A stretch of DNA of 64,000 bases from contig NC_043024.1 in assembly GCF_006345805.1 (NCBI RefSeq), forward strand, positions 14,632,001 to 14,696,000. Reading direction: 5' to 3'. A program made the position numbers and the translations under genes. This stretch comes from Octopus sinensis (taxonomy: Eukaryota). Each line of letters begins with the position of its first letter. The stretch's first letter is position 1. Positions 12,808 to 25,016 of this stretch are shown here, piece by piece. The notes under the pieces were generated by a model. It ran no database searches. It saw only the letters and a list, made by a program, of their open reading frames with translations, and was not told the origin of the DNA.

Positions 12808-12868
12808 TATGATTGTCACACGCTGACGAGAGGTCAATACCTCGAAACTCGAGTCCGTGTGTATCATA
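12808..12868 (+). ncRNA. Type I minimal hammerhead ribozyme (intronic, sense strand)
   Basis: Stem I CACACG(12817-22)/CGUGUG(12856-61); core CUGACGA(12823-29); stem II GAGG/CCUC with loop UCAAUA; GAA; stem III AC/GU with UCGA loop; GUC cleavage triplet (after 12855). Distal stem I extension UAUGAU/AUCAUA. Confidence 0.85.
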
Positions 12869-14566
12869 AGTTGAAGACGGGAAGGATGACTTCCCTTTGC
12901 AAATACTGACAGGACACAGAAAGTGTGTCTATGGCCAGCTGGAGGAGTGTGTCCTCCTGGGGCTAAAAACTACAGTAGCATCCACCCTTAGGGGTTAGCC
13001 ATATTGAAATGGCAAATATACGTCACTTTATATTTTAATTATATATACTTATTATAAGTACAAATTGCCAGTTCTATAACATGGAAGCAGTGAAAATACC
13101 TTGGTCTATAGTTGGTTGTTTTTATTTTGTTAAAGTTAATGTTTATTGTGAAGCCAAAAAGATCATCTTAATCTCAGGATACTTGTCTCACATTTGAATA
13201 CTCCTTTGCTAAGTTTTGTATGAAGAATGTATCTATATTCTGTTGTGTCTGGGGAGAGTCATTTTCTTTTTGTACCTTATAATGTAACACACTCACCAGT
13301 AAAATTTCCACTTTTTCTTCTTTTTTTTTTATTTTCCTAAAATTTTCAATAGTCTTGACTAAGAAAAAAGTGAAATTTTACCAGTGAGTGTGTTACATTA
13401 TAAGGCACAAAAAGAAAATGACTCTCCCCAGATACAACAGAATATGCTTCAACACATGAACTCATATAAAGAATCTTGCAAACCAAATCCAAAAACGAAA
13501 TGTATCTATAGACAATTGAAAAAACATTGCAGATTAAAATGGAAGAATCACAACATATTTATGGAATATGCAGAATGATAGGTTCTTAAAATGTTGAAAG
13601 AATGGTGGATGAGAGTTGTATTCTTCAGGAGATGATACATAGATTGCTACTTCAATTAAGGAAGATCTGTTACAGTTGAGGTACAAAGGGCAGCGTGACA
13701 CTGAGAGTTTTAATCAAAGATACACAACGATCTATTGTTGTAGATGTGTTATAGAGAGACAATTTGAAAAATACATAGATCGTAATATGGGAATTTGTAT
13801 CCAAGATTACCATTTACATTTTATTTAATACTATATTCTATATTATATAAATGTACATTTGAGGTATTGAAGTTTTGTGTAAACCTGTTTATAATACAAA
13901 TATAATGTCACTCTTTGACAGCTCCACCTGGTTCTCCTATATCATCCACAGGTATGTATATTTTACGCTAAAAAATTCTTTCTGTATTTCTCTTTTTTTT
14001 CTCTTTTATTTGTTTCAGTCATTTGACTGCGGCCATGCTGGAGCACCGCCTTTAGTCGAGCAAATTGACCCCGGGACTTATTCTTTGTAAGCCCAGTACT
14101 TATTCTATCAGTCTCTTTTTGCCGAACCGCTAAGTGACGGGGACGTAAACACACCAGCATCGGTTGTCAAGCAATGCTAGGGGGACAAACACAGACACAC
14201 AAACACACATACATATATATATATATACATATATACGACAGGCTTCTTTCAGTTTCCGTCTACCAAATCCACTCACAAGGCATTGGTCGGCCCGGGGCTA
14301 AAGCAGAAGACACTTGCCCAAGATGCCACGCAGTGGGACTGAACCTGGAACCATGAGGTTGGTAAGCAAGCTACTTACCACACAGCCACTCCTGCGCCTA
14401 TGTTACAACTTTATAATGGAAGTTCTCAGACTCTCTCTCTCTTCATATTTTCTTAAATGTGTTGTTTTTTTTTTCATCCTGGATGATTGAATTGAAGTGG
14501 TAACCTTTATATGATGGTAATACACATCTACCTTCATGCTCATTATGCATATGTGTATATGTATTT

Positions 14567-14790
14567 CTTTACTACCCACAAGGGGCTAAACATAGAGGGG
14601 ACAAACAATGACAGACAAACAGATTAAGTCGATTATATCGACCCAGTGCGAAACTGGTACTTTATTTATCGACCCCGAGAGGATGAAAGGCAAAGTCGAC
14701 CCCGGCGGAATTTGAACTCAGAACGTAACGACAGACGAAATACAGCTAAGCATTTCGCCCGGTGCGCTAACGTTTCTGCCAGCTCGCCGC
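14567..14790 (-). mobile_element. tRNA-derived SINE, family D
   Basis: Head ggcgagctggcagaaacgttagc...gttcaaattccg and central gcctttcatcctctcggggtcgataaataaagtaccag. Copies at about 10055-10245(+), 25375-25480(+) and 27610-27745(-). Confidence 0.75.
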
Positions 14791-14828
14791 CTGCATATGT
14801 GTATATATATGTGTGTGTGTGTATATGT

Positions 14829-14869
<41 letters not shown>

Positions 14870-16226
14870 TACACTCACGGAGTGGTTGGCGTTAGGAAGG
14901 GCATCCAGCTGTAGAAACACTGCCAGATCAGACTGGAGCCTGGTGCAGCCTCCTGGCTTCCCAGACCCCGGTCGAAACTGTTCAACCCGTGCTAGCACGG
15001 AAAACGGACGTTAAACGATGATGATGATGATATATGAGCACCATCCGAGTGTAATCATTGCCAGAGCAGCCAACTGGCTTCCATGCCGGTGGCATGTAAA
15101 AGGGTACCATTCGAGCGTGATCATTACCAACGTTGCCTTACTGGCACCTGTGCTGGTGGCATGTGTAAAAAGATTCAAGTGAGGTCATTGCCTGTACCAC
15201 TTGACTGGCCCCCATTCCAGTGGCACGTAAAAAGCACCCACTACACACTTGGAGTGGTTGGCATTAGGAAAGGCATCCAGCTGTAGAAACTCTGCCAGAT
15301 CAAGATTGGAGCCTGGTGCACCCATCTGGTTCACCAGCCCTCAGTCAAAATCGTCCAACCCATGTTAGCATGGAAAGCGGACGTTAAGCGATGATGATGA
15401 TGATATATATATATATATATATATACTCTTTTCTTGTTTCAGTCATTTGACTGTGGCCATGCTGGAGCACCGCCTTTAGTCGAGCAAATCGACTCCAGGA
15501 CTTATTTTTTGTAAGCCTAGTACTTATTCTATTGGGCTCTTTTGCTGAACCGCTAAGTTATGGGGATGTAAACACTCCAGCATCAGTTGTCAAGCGATGT
15601 AAGGGGGACAAACACAGACACACAAACATATGCACACACATACATATATATGTATACATATATAAGACAGGCATCTTTCAGTTTCCGTTTACCAAATCCA
15701 CTCACAAGGCTTTGTTCGGCCCTAGGTACCATGCAGTGGGACTGAACCCACAACCATGTGGTTGGTAAGCAAGCTACTTACCACACAGCCACTCCTGCGC
15801 CTATATATATATATATATATATATGTGCATGGACAATGGACATTAAACAATGATGTATATACAAGTACTAAAGTATATCTGTATGTATGTGTATATATAT
15901 ATATATATAATACTCACAGACACACATATCCACGCCTATGTATGACACATGCATGTGTGTCTTAGACTGGCTGCCTTAATAAGGTTAAGGACTTCAATCA
16001 ACCAATAAAATGAGGGGCTTCCATAATCATTCAGTTATCTTACTTTGGCTCTTCAAGAGATATGAGTTATTGAGGGGAGGAGATGGGGATATGCATGTGG
16101 TACAAGCATGTAACTTTTCTGTCGAAGTGTACAGATATCTCTTCAAGTCTCTAAGCAATGGATTCGTGGTGGAATGTCCGGGCTTAAAGAGCTGGAAGCA
16201 CAATCATAAATCAGCATGAAGGTAGC

Positions 16227-16625
16227 TTAACCCTTTCGTTACTGTATTTATTTTGAGATGCTCTATGTTTTTTCAATTACTTCAAATACAACAAAAGAAT
16301 TTAGTAAAATAACTTGGTTATCATTCAGCTAGTGTTAGGAATATAAATTATGACTAAGGTTTGGTGGAAGATTCTAATTCAAAACTTATGAAAACAAGAC
16401 ATTTGTACTACAGAGCCAGAGCCAGTTTCAGTCAGGTTGGTAACAAAAGGGTTAAATATAACAAAGAATTTAGTAAAATAACTTGGTTATCATTAAGCTA
16501 GTGTTAGGAAAATAAATTATGACTAAGGTTTGGTGGAAGATTCTAATTCAAAACTTATGACAACAAGACATTTGTACTACAGAGCCAGAGCCAGTTCCAG
16601 GCGGGTTGGTAACAAAAGGGTTAAG
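16227..16625. mobile_element. piggyBac-like MITE plus a partial tandem copy
   Basis: ttaaccctttcgttac...gtaacaaaagggttaa, followed by a 5'-truncated repeat ending aaaagggttaa. Confidence 0.7.
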
Positions 16626-16894
16626 GCCATTGAATGTGGCTGCATTGTTGACAGAACAGCAATAAGTTTCAGCAAGGCCACAATCTATGTTGGTGTGTTT
16701 GCATCAGCTAAGTGACCGGGCTTAAGAAAAGATAATTATTGGGGTTGACTTGTCCAGCTAAAATTCTGCATAGCTGCAGTTTAATGATTGAAATAAATGA
16801 AAGAAAATTGAAGAACAAAACAATGGCTAATTATTATTTCACTCTTATAAAGCACTAAAATCGTAATTTCTTTTTTCTTTAAAACAATTTGGAA

Positions 16895-17460
16895 AATGTG
16901 TGGAGGAATTACAACCGTGTTTCGTGGTCTGCTACCACAACAGCTCTTTTATAGGATCCAGTTAGCTCAAGACATCATCAGGAGGAACCACATCCGGTTT
17001 CGGCCCCTATTCTTCTACCGTTTTGATGTGGTGGGGCCCCCACTTTCGGAGGTGTCTTCAGCTTCTGGTGTTGGGTGCATGTCTTCTTTCTTCTTTCTTC
17101 TGTTCCCTGGCCTCTTCGATGTATCGTCAGCGAGTGTCAGCCGGTGACTGACTGTCTTGTCAAATTTTTCCCTTTAAATACCTGCCGCATAGGCTCCAGC
17201 AGGCAGCCCCAGCAAGTTGTCACATGACACTGTCTCACCTTAACTGACTAGTGAAGGCGTGTAGTTTTAGACCGCGCTTTTTCTAAACGACCGTCACCTG
17301 ACAGGCAGTCCCAGCAAATTGTCACATGACACTGTCTCACCTTAACTGACTAGTGAAGGTGTATAGTTTTAGCCCGCGCTTTTTTCTAAACGACCGTCAC
17401 CTGTCAGTCAGATCTACAAACTGTGAGAAAGCTGTTACAAGATGATGTCTTGAGCTAACA
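16895..17460. repeat. Unclassified dispersed repeat with an internal about 102-bp duplication and a 19-bp inverted repeat
   Basis: 16895-17030 is the reverse complement of about 262-395. gttagctcaagacatcatc (16961-79) is inverted at 17441-59. Confidence 0.6.
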
Positions 17461-17596
17461 GGGACGTATATGGAATATTCTTTATGTAATCCCTATTATT
17501 TATGTAAACAAGCCTCTTGTAGCATTTAAAAGTATACATGTGACACATAAAAATTTCTATTAGTTCTTAAGAGTAAAAGAGTTTATAATATAAATT

Positions 17597-17640
17597 TACT
17601 AGCAGTATAGCCCGGCGTTGCTCAGGTTTGTTTTTTAGTT
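17597..17640 (-). mobile_element. Helitron 3' terminus
   Basis: The reverse complement reads caaacctgagcaacgccgggctatactgctagta, matching 12343-12375. The element's 5' extent is not resolved. Confidence 0.6.
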
Positions 17641-19367
17641 GCACTTAAAACGGCAGACTTTGATGTCGCATTAACAAAGTTTTGACATAGTTTCAATCTA
17701 TGAATAAAAGTATAGAGTGGTGATGCTCGAATTTGCTCTGAATGTGCTGCGAATGTGTAATGCCGACTTGAATTGTTGATTAATATTCCTTCTATTAACA
17801 TTATGGAGAAAAAAATTACCCATAGATTTAAAGCAAAATGAAGCTCAAATCTCGAACTGCACTGAAAATCTATTAAGAAGTTAACACTGCAACAGAATTC
17901 ATTAAGAAAAAGTACAGGAAAATCCAAAACGTTAGTAAGAACAGTTTGTGGTTAGAAAAATCAAAAAATGTTATTGTGAAGCCAAACGGGTGGGCAACAT
18001 GAATCATAGTTGTACCTGTAAAATGAATAAAATCAACTATTTTACATCATGTATAACTAAAAAAATCTGCAAAATCAAAACACACCCATTGAAGGTTTGA
18101 CTTGAAGATCTAACACAATGAACACAATTAAATCAGTAATGAGCAGAACGAGAGATACGCATACCATGCGTGATGGCAGTGCAAACAACACAGTGAGTTA
18201 TCAAGAGCAAACTGACATGTTTGGTGCTAGCACACGATACGTCAGCACCATCATCATAATCATCGTCATCATTTAACGTCCGCTTTCCATGCTAGCATGG
18301 GTTGGACGATTTGACTGAGGTCTGGCGAACAAGATGGCTGCACCAGGCTCCAGTCGGATCTGGCTGTGTTTCTACAGCTGGATGCCCTTCCTAACGCCAA
18401 CCACTCTGAGAGTGTAGTGGGTACTTTTACATGCCCTGGCACGAGGGCCAGTCAGGCAGTACTGGCAATGGCCTCACTCAAATGGTGTTTTTTTACATGC
18501 CACCTGCACAGGAGTCAGTCCAGCGGCACTGGCAATGACCTCGCTTGAATGTTTTTTCACATGCCACCGGCACAAGTGCCAGTAAGGAGACGCTAGTAAC
18601 GATCACTCTTGAATGGGGCTTTTTACGTGCCACCAGCACAGAAGCCAGTTAGCTGCTCTACTCTATTGCTAAACTAAATAATGAACTTTCTTATCGTTTG
18701 TTTTAATTGCTGTTTTAATAAATTTTATAATATGGCTTATATCTAACCAAAAGTATAGTTATAATCTTGTGCATGTGCATAACTCAAAATCCTGACGTGC
18801 TAGAACAATTCTAAGTGCCGACTCAGAATCAATATTCTCGATTTAGTCTAAAACATGTGCTTTTACTTCAGTAACAAAATCTTTGTTCTTTAGTGTTATT
18901 GTTTGTTCCTTCTCGAGCCATGTCTGGCTCATAAGGGCCAGTTTCCTTGGTGTATAGGTTCCCCACCTGGGCGGGACGCTTGTCCATCACAGGTGAGCTG
19001 CAAGATGCAGGAGGAAAGAGTGAGAGAAAGTTGTAGTGAAAGAGTCAGCAGAAGTTCGCCATTACCTTCTGCTGGAGCTGCGTGGAGCTTAGGTATTTTT
19101 GCTCATAAACACGCACATCACCTGGTCTGAGATTCGAACCCACGATCCCTCAACCACGAGTCCGCTGCTCTAACCACTTGGCCATGTTCTTCCACCTTCA
19201 GTGTTATAGATGAATGTAAATAGAAAAAGCTTCTTTTCCCTCCATGATTTTCTAAGACATATATTTAGATAGCGGACAACAAAACAATAATTACTGTTTA
19301 GTTTATGCTTACAATGCACACTCCTAACATTTTGTTTTACAGATTTAGAAACGTCTCTAAATATTTA

Positions 19368-19878
19368 CCATAAATCCTTGAGTATAATCCGCATTTTTTC
19401 CCAAAATTTAAAGGTCAAAATCCCTAGTGCATACTATATACAAGGTTAAAAATGAAAATTGTTTTCTAAGCAATGTCCAAGTCTCCATTTGCTGTCCGGC
19501 AATGTTTATTCAGACGCATTTTGTGATGTCGGGCATGAAAATACCTTAAGCTAAGCCTGAAAGTAATGAAGTTATAAAAGAATCATCCATAACTTGCAGT
19601 AAGCAACATTTATTAAATGTTATTACTGTTATTTCTTTATTTTCTGCAAACAAAATGCACAAAAAAGCTACACGTTTGCATTATGTTATATATACAATAA
19701 TAATAAAGGATGTTACCGTATACAGTTTTACAAATCAAGGACATTATATAGACCTCCTTGACTCAAGTTAGAGAAAGGGTGCATATTATACACAAGGTTG
19801 AGGTTTTTCAGAAGTACATCCCCCTAAAAATCCCCTGCCTATTATACTCAAGGGCGGACTATACTCGAGGATTTAAGG
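19368..19878. mobile_element. TA-flanked MITE (Tc1/pogo-type TIRs)
   Basis: TA|ccataaatccttgagtataatccgc ... gcggactatactcgaggatttaagg|TA. Confidence 0.75.
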
Positions 19879-20022
19879 TATGGATTTTTGTTAATCCTTT
19901 ATTAATTTAATCAAATTGCCTCTAGGATGAAAAGTATACATGTGACACATTGAAGAATTTTATTAATTATTAACAATGAAAAAAACAATATATGATGCAA
20001 ATAAATTGCCATTTTGTTGCAG

Positions 20023-20058
20023 GACCAAGTGTGTCTGGCGCAGCTGTTACTCCAGCAG
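20023..20058 (+). CDS. 36-nt phase-1/phase-1 micro-exon (G-PSVSGAAVTPA)
   Basis: Acceptor ccattttgttgcag and donor CAG|gtaagg. GC-rich island in an AT-rich intron. Its frame joins exon 28439 without a stop. Confidence 0.75.
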
Positions 20059-20124
20059 GTAAGGACACTTCTACTGTTTGTTTAGTCTTATTATGAAAGT
20101 ATTTCTTTTTCCTGCCTTTAACCC

Positions 20125-20720
20125 TCCAACACGGAGTATAGGCCACTTATAGTTGAATTCTATGTCGCATAATTTTTTGCTTCTGTACTTCTACTCTGCC
20201 AGGAATGTCCCCCTTTCTCTAGTTCCTTTTGTATTGATCTACGCCACGGGTTCTTAGGCCTACCTCTCCTTCTATACCCATCCGTGGAGTATAGGCCACT
20301 TATAGTTGAATTCTATGTCGCATAATTTTTCACTTCTGTACTTCTACTCTGCCATGAATGTCCCCCTTTCTCTAGTTCCTTTTGTATTGATCTATGCCAC
20401 AGGTTCTTAGGCCTACCTCTCTTTCTATATCCAACCGGTTTCCACTTTAAAGCACTTTTTGCTACATTTGGTGTGTCTTTTCTAATTGTGCTACCAATCC
20501 ACTTCCACTTTTTCTTAAATATTTGCTCCCTAATCGAAACTTGATTTGTTCTTTGCCATAGCTCCATATTGCTTATGTGTTTGGGCCAACTAATTCTAAG
20601 TATACTACGCAAGCATCTGTTGATGAATGATTGTATTTGCTTATTTGACTTAACTGTTGTTTGTCATGTCTCAGCCCCATACAATAACACCGCTTTTACA
20701 TTAGTGTTAAAAATTCTTAT
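20125..20720 (-). mobile_element. RTE-clade LINE 3' fragment with a 153-bp terminal tandem duplication
   Basis: LRISWPKHISNMELWQRT...KWKWIG...ALKWKPVGYRKRGRPKN. Repeat copies start at about 20132 and 20285. Confidence 0.75.
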
Positions 20721-21922
20721 TTTGTTCTTTATTGAAATTACACTCATAAACACACACATCGCCCGGTCTGAGATTCGAACCTGTGATCCCTCAACCGTGA
20801 GTCCACTGCTCTAACCACTAGGCTATGTGCCTCCACCTTCAGTGTTATAGATGAGTGTAAATAGAAAAAGCTTCTTTTCCCTCCATAATTTTCTGATATT
20901 TAGATATTATGAAAGTATTACTGAATGCAATTTGTTATTCTATGATAGAACTTTTAGCTTATCATCAAGTGATTTGAGATTATTTTTAATAACATATGAA
21001 GCTATTTCTCTTTGAAAATATTCAGCCCAGCTGGTTACACTTGTCCTATAATGCCTATATAGAATGATAAACGATAAACGTTGCCCTTTTCAAGCCTAAC
21101 CAGGCTCATGGGCCCTGTTTCCCAGTTTCTTTGGCGTGTGTGTTCCCCCCCCCCACCAAGCTGGATGGGATGCCAGTCCATTGCAGCATTACTCAAGGAA
21201 CAGGAAGAGAGAGTGAGAGAAAGTTGGGGCAAAAGAGTACAACAGGGGGCACCACCACCCCCTGCCAGAGCCACGTGGAGCTTTTTGGTGTTTTTGCTCA
21301 ATAAACACACACAACGCCTAGTCTGGGAATCGAAACCATGATCTTCCAACCGCGAGTCCGCTGCCCTAACCACTGGGCCATTGCGCCTCCCATAATGCCT
21401 ATTTATGGAGTTGAAACTATACTGCAGCACAGAACAACTGAATTATTGTGGGAGGATAATGATAGCTGAGTAAATATATTTTTATATGAAATACCATATA
21501 TGAAATTATTTATCAATGGGAGAGGGGAATTGGAAATCTCTCTGTAATAGATAACATGGACACCAACAAGAACTATACGCATTGCTCAGAAACCACCAGT
21601 AAATGTGTTTGTTTTTACTCAATTAAAATGTTGTGTATAATGACTAACATCATATAAAATATATCAACAATTAATTCATCCATAATAAATGTGTATGACT
21701 TTTAACTATATATACTCTTTACGCTTTACTCTTTTACTTGTTTCAGTCATTTGACTGCGGCCATGCTGGAGCACCGCCTTTAGTCGAGCACATCGGCCCC
21801 GGGACTTATTCTATGTAAGCCCAGTACTTATTCTATCGGTCTCTTTTGCCGAACTGCTAAGTGACGGGGACGTAAACATACCAGCATCGGTTGTCAAGCA
21901 ATGCTAGGGGGACAAACACACA

Positions 21923-21964
<42 letters not shown>

Positions 21965-22182
21965 ATATGTATATGCATATATACGACGAGCTTCTTTCAG
22001 TTTCCGTCTACCAAATCCACTCACAAGGCATTGGTCGGCCCAAGGCTATAATAGAAGACACTTGCCCATGGTGCCACGCAGTGGGACTGAACCCGGAACC
22101 ATGTGGTTGATAAACAAGCTACTTACCACACAGCCACTCCTGCGCCTATATACTGATTATAATAACAATTTTTCATGTATTA

Positions 22183-22762
22183 CATGACTAGTGACCGAGA
22201 CTTGACTAGTGACCGAGACCTGACTAGTGACTGAGACCTTTGGAAATATGCTGTGCGTGAGAAGACTCGGCAGGACAAATGAGACCATAACTTGTGGCCT
22301 TTACCTGGGATGTAGCCAGTCCATTTATGCATACCTTTCCTTCTTGGGACACAAAACTCTGCTTGCAAAGACCTGTTGAGCCAAGTGAAATCGAAATCGA
22401 TCAAAGATCAATGGAAATTGTAGTTGTGATACCAGTGCCGGTGGGACGTAAAAGAACCATCCGAACGTGGCTGTTGCCAGCGCCACCCCGACTGGCCTCC
22501 GTGCCGGTGGCATGTAAAAAGAACCAACTGATCGTGGATGTTGCCAGCCCCCCCTGGCACCTGTGCCGGTGGCACGTAAAAAGCACCCACTACACTCACG
22601 GGATGGTTGGCGTTAGGAAGGGCATCCATCTGTAGAAACACTGCCAGATCAGACTGGAGCCTGGTGCAGCCTCCTGGCTTCCCAGACCCCAGTCGAACCG
22701 TCCAACCGTCCAACCCATGCTAGCATGGAAAGCGGATGTTAAACGGAGATGATGATAATGAT
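22183..22762 (+). mobile_element. RTE 3'-UTR copy with an 18-bp triplication at its 5' junction
   Basis: Matches 26895-27535. Further copies of the same tail at about 6725-6920(-), 9750-10030(-), 14868-15030(+), 15040-15405(+), 18250-18660(-), 36505-36660(+) and 44017-44690(-). Confidence 0.85.
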
Positions 22763-22861
22763 ACAACATGGAAATTATGAGGAAATGTTGGTTTATAGAT
22801 GATTGTTTTTATTTTGTTCATGTTAGTATTTACTATGAAGACAAAGAGCTCAACATATCCT

Positions 22862-23272
22862 AGGCGCAGGAGTGGCTGTGTGGTAAGTAGCTTGCCTACC
22901 AACCACATGGTTCTGGGTTCAGTCCCACTGCGTGGCATCTTGGGCAAGTGTCTTCTACTATAGCCTCGGGCCTACCAAAGCCTTGTGAGTGGATATGGTA
23001 GACGGAAACTGAAAGAAGCCTGTCGTATATATATATATGTATGTATGTGTGTGTATATGTTTGTGTGTCTGTGTTTGTCCCCCTAGCATTGCTTGACAAC
23101 CGATGCTGGTGTGTTTACGTCCCCGTCACTCAGCGGTTCGGCAAAAGAGACCGATAGAATAAGTACTAGGCTTACAAAGAATAAGTCCCGGGGTCGATTT
23201 GCTCGACTAAAGGCGGTGCTCCAGCATGGCCGCAGTCAAATGACTGAAACAACTAAAAGAGTAAAAGAGAGA
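22862..23272 (+). mobile_element. tRNA-derived SINE, family A (plus-strand copy)
   Basis: Same consensus. Other plus copies at about 23690-23812 (partial), 29612-30043, 31840-32245, 37075-37215 (partial) and 37931-38328. Confidence 0.9.
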
Positions 23273-23590
23273 GGGTACTTTGAATTCTCTCATGAAGTTT
23301 TTAGAAACATTACATCTCAGCAACCAATACCTTCTTCACCCATCTCACTATAGTATCTTTTCCCCAGTTGTTATTATTGCATGAAAGCAGAGCTGCATAT
23401 GTTTTCTTTTGTGCACATATCCCCTTTTATGCTACTAGTAATGCCTCCCCTTGGAACCATTTCCCTTGTCACCCATCTTGAACTCTTCGCATCATTCTTT
23501 GCTTTTATATTTCCAGTGAATGCCACTTCCACCTAAACACGCTGTCATTGTCTTCCAGCAATATCCACCACCATTTTTTTTGTAACTCTC

Positions 23591-23685
23591 TACATCCACC
23601 CTTGTATGACTACATCCACCCTTGTATGACTACATCCACCCTTGAATGACTACATCCACCCTTGAATGACTACATCCACCCTTTT
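23591..23685. repeat. 20-bp x5 minisatellite (tacatccacccttgwatgac)
   Basis: Starts at 23591, 23611, 23631, 23651 and 23671. Confidence 0.95.
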
Positions 23686-23964
23686 ATCGGTCTCAAAAGA
23701 GACCGATAAAATAAGTACTGGGCTTACAAAGAATAAGTTCCGGGATCAATTTGCTCGACTGAAGGCGGTGCTCCAGCATGGCCGCAGTCAAATGACTGAA
23801 ACAGGTAAAAGTAACCATGCTGCCACAGGCGTATGTCAACTGGTTTCTTTGTACTTGTTGTTCATCAGATTCCATTCAACACTTTGTCATTGTGACTTAA
23901 ATTTGGGGAGTAGATTTGGAAGATGTTTACCATTCAGTTAACGGCACAGTAGGAGACACTCATT

Positions 23965-24420
23965 GAGGGTCATAGAAACAGTCAGTGTGATAGTTGTAGA
24001 AGTCATAGTGACAGTCATGGCAAGCATAATAGTGATAGTGGCAGTCATAGTGAGAGTGATAGTCACAGCTATAGTAACAGTCGTAGTGACAGACAGTGGT
24101 AGTCATAGTGACATAGTGTCAGTCATAGTAACAGTTGTAGTGAATCGTATTGACTGTTGTAGTGGCAGTCCTAATGTCAGTTTTAGTGATTATCATATTT
24201 ACAGTCATAGAGGCAGTCATAATGACAGTTATAGTGGCAGAAGTAGTGAAAGTCATAGCAAATGCCATGGTGAGTGTTGCATGGAGAGTCATAATGACAG
24301 TCACAGCAGCAGTCATAGTGATAGTCATAAGGACAGTCATATCTGTAGTAGCAGTCATTGTGAGAGTGATGGTATAATCATAGTGAGTCATAGTGGCAGT
24401 TATGATGACAGTCAAAGCAT
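23965..24420. repeat. Degenerate 3/6-bp periodic low-complexity tract (agtcat/agtgat/gacagt)
   Basis: Direct reading; no splice signals linking it to the gene. Confidence 0.7.
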
Positions 24421-24983
24421 CTGTGGATACAGAGCGAACGTAAGAAATCATTGGAGATTTATAAGCCTTAAAAATTCACTCCGACACTACCTATGGAACG
24501 TAGAGCAGTCATCTAGAGGTTCTGAGTTCAGTCCCAGGCAAGGCACTAAGGGGAATCACAAGACACCTGAAGATGCCTGGAGCATATACACCTGAAAGAA
24601 GGGAAGATGCTGAAGAAGCAACAGCACAAAGGACAGTTTTCCACTTACCTGAAGGCATGATGTGAAGAAGGTTGGAGCATACACAGCCAATATGTAGTGA
24701 AAACGACAATCAAGATGAGGACACCACTCCAGCTAATACATAATATATCTCTTTTATTTTTTCTCTTTTACTTGTTTCAGTCATTTGACTGTGGCCATGC
24801 TGGAGCACCGCCTATTAGTCGAGCAAATCGACCCCAGGACTTATTCTTTGTAAGCCCAGTACTTATTCTATCGGTCTCTTTTGCCGAACCGCTAAGTGAC
24901 GGGGACGTAAACACACTAGCATCGGTTGTCAAGCAATGCTAGGGGGATAAACACAGACACACAAACACACACACATACATATA

Positions 24984-25016
<33 letters not shown>

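Noticed and set aside
12694-12909. 71-aa ORF MKCLY...LCKY as an intact small protein
   Set aside because: The 3' half runs through the hammerhead/repeat sequence. At most the first about 24 codons could be a spliced signal-peptide exon.
23963-24595. 210-aa Val/Ser/His-rich ORF and antisense Thr-rich ORF
   Set aside because: This is a degenerate triplet-periodic low-complexity tract with no compatible splice sites or domain signal.
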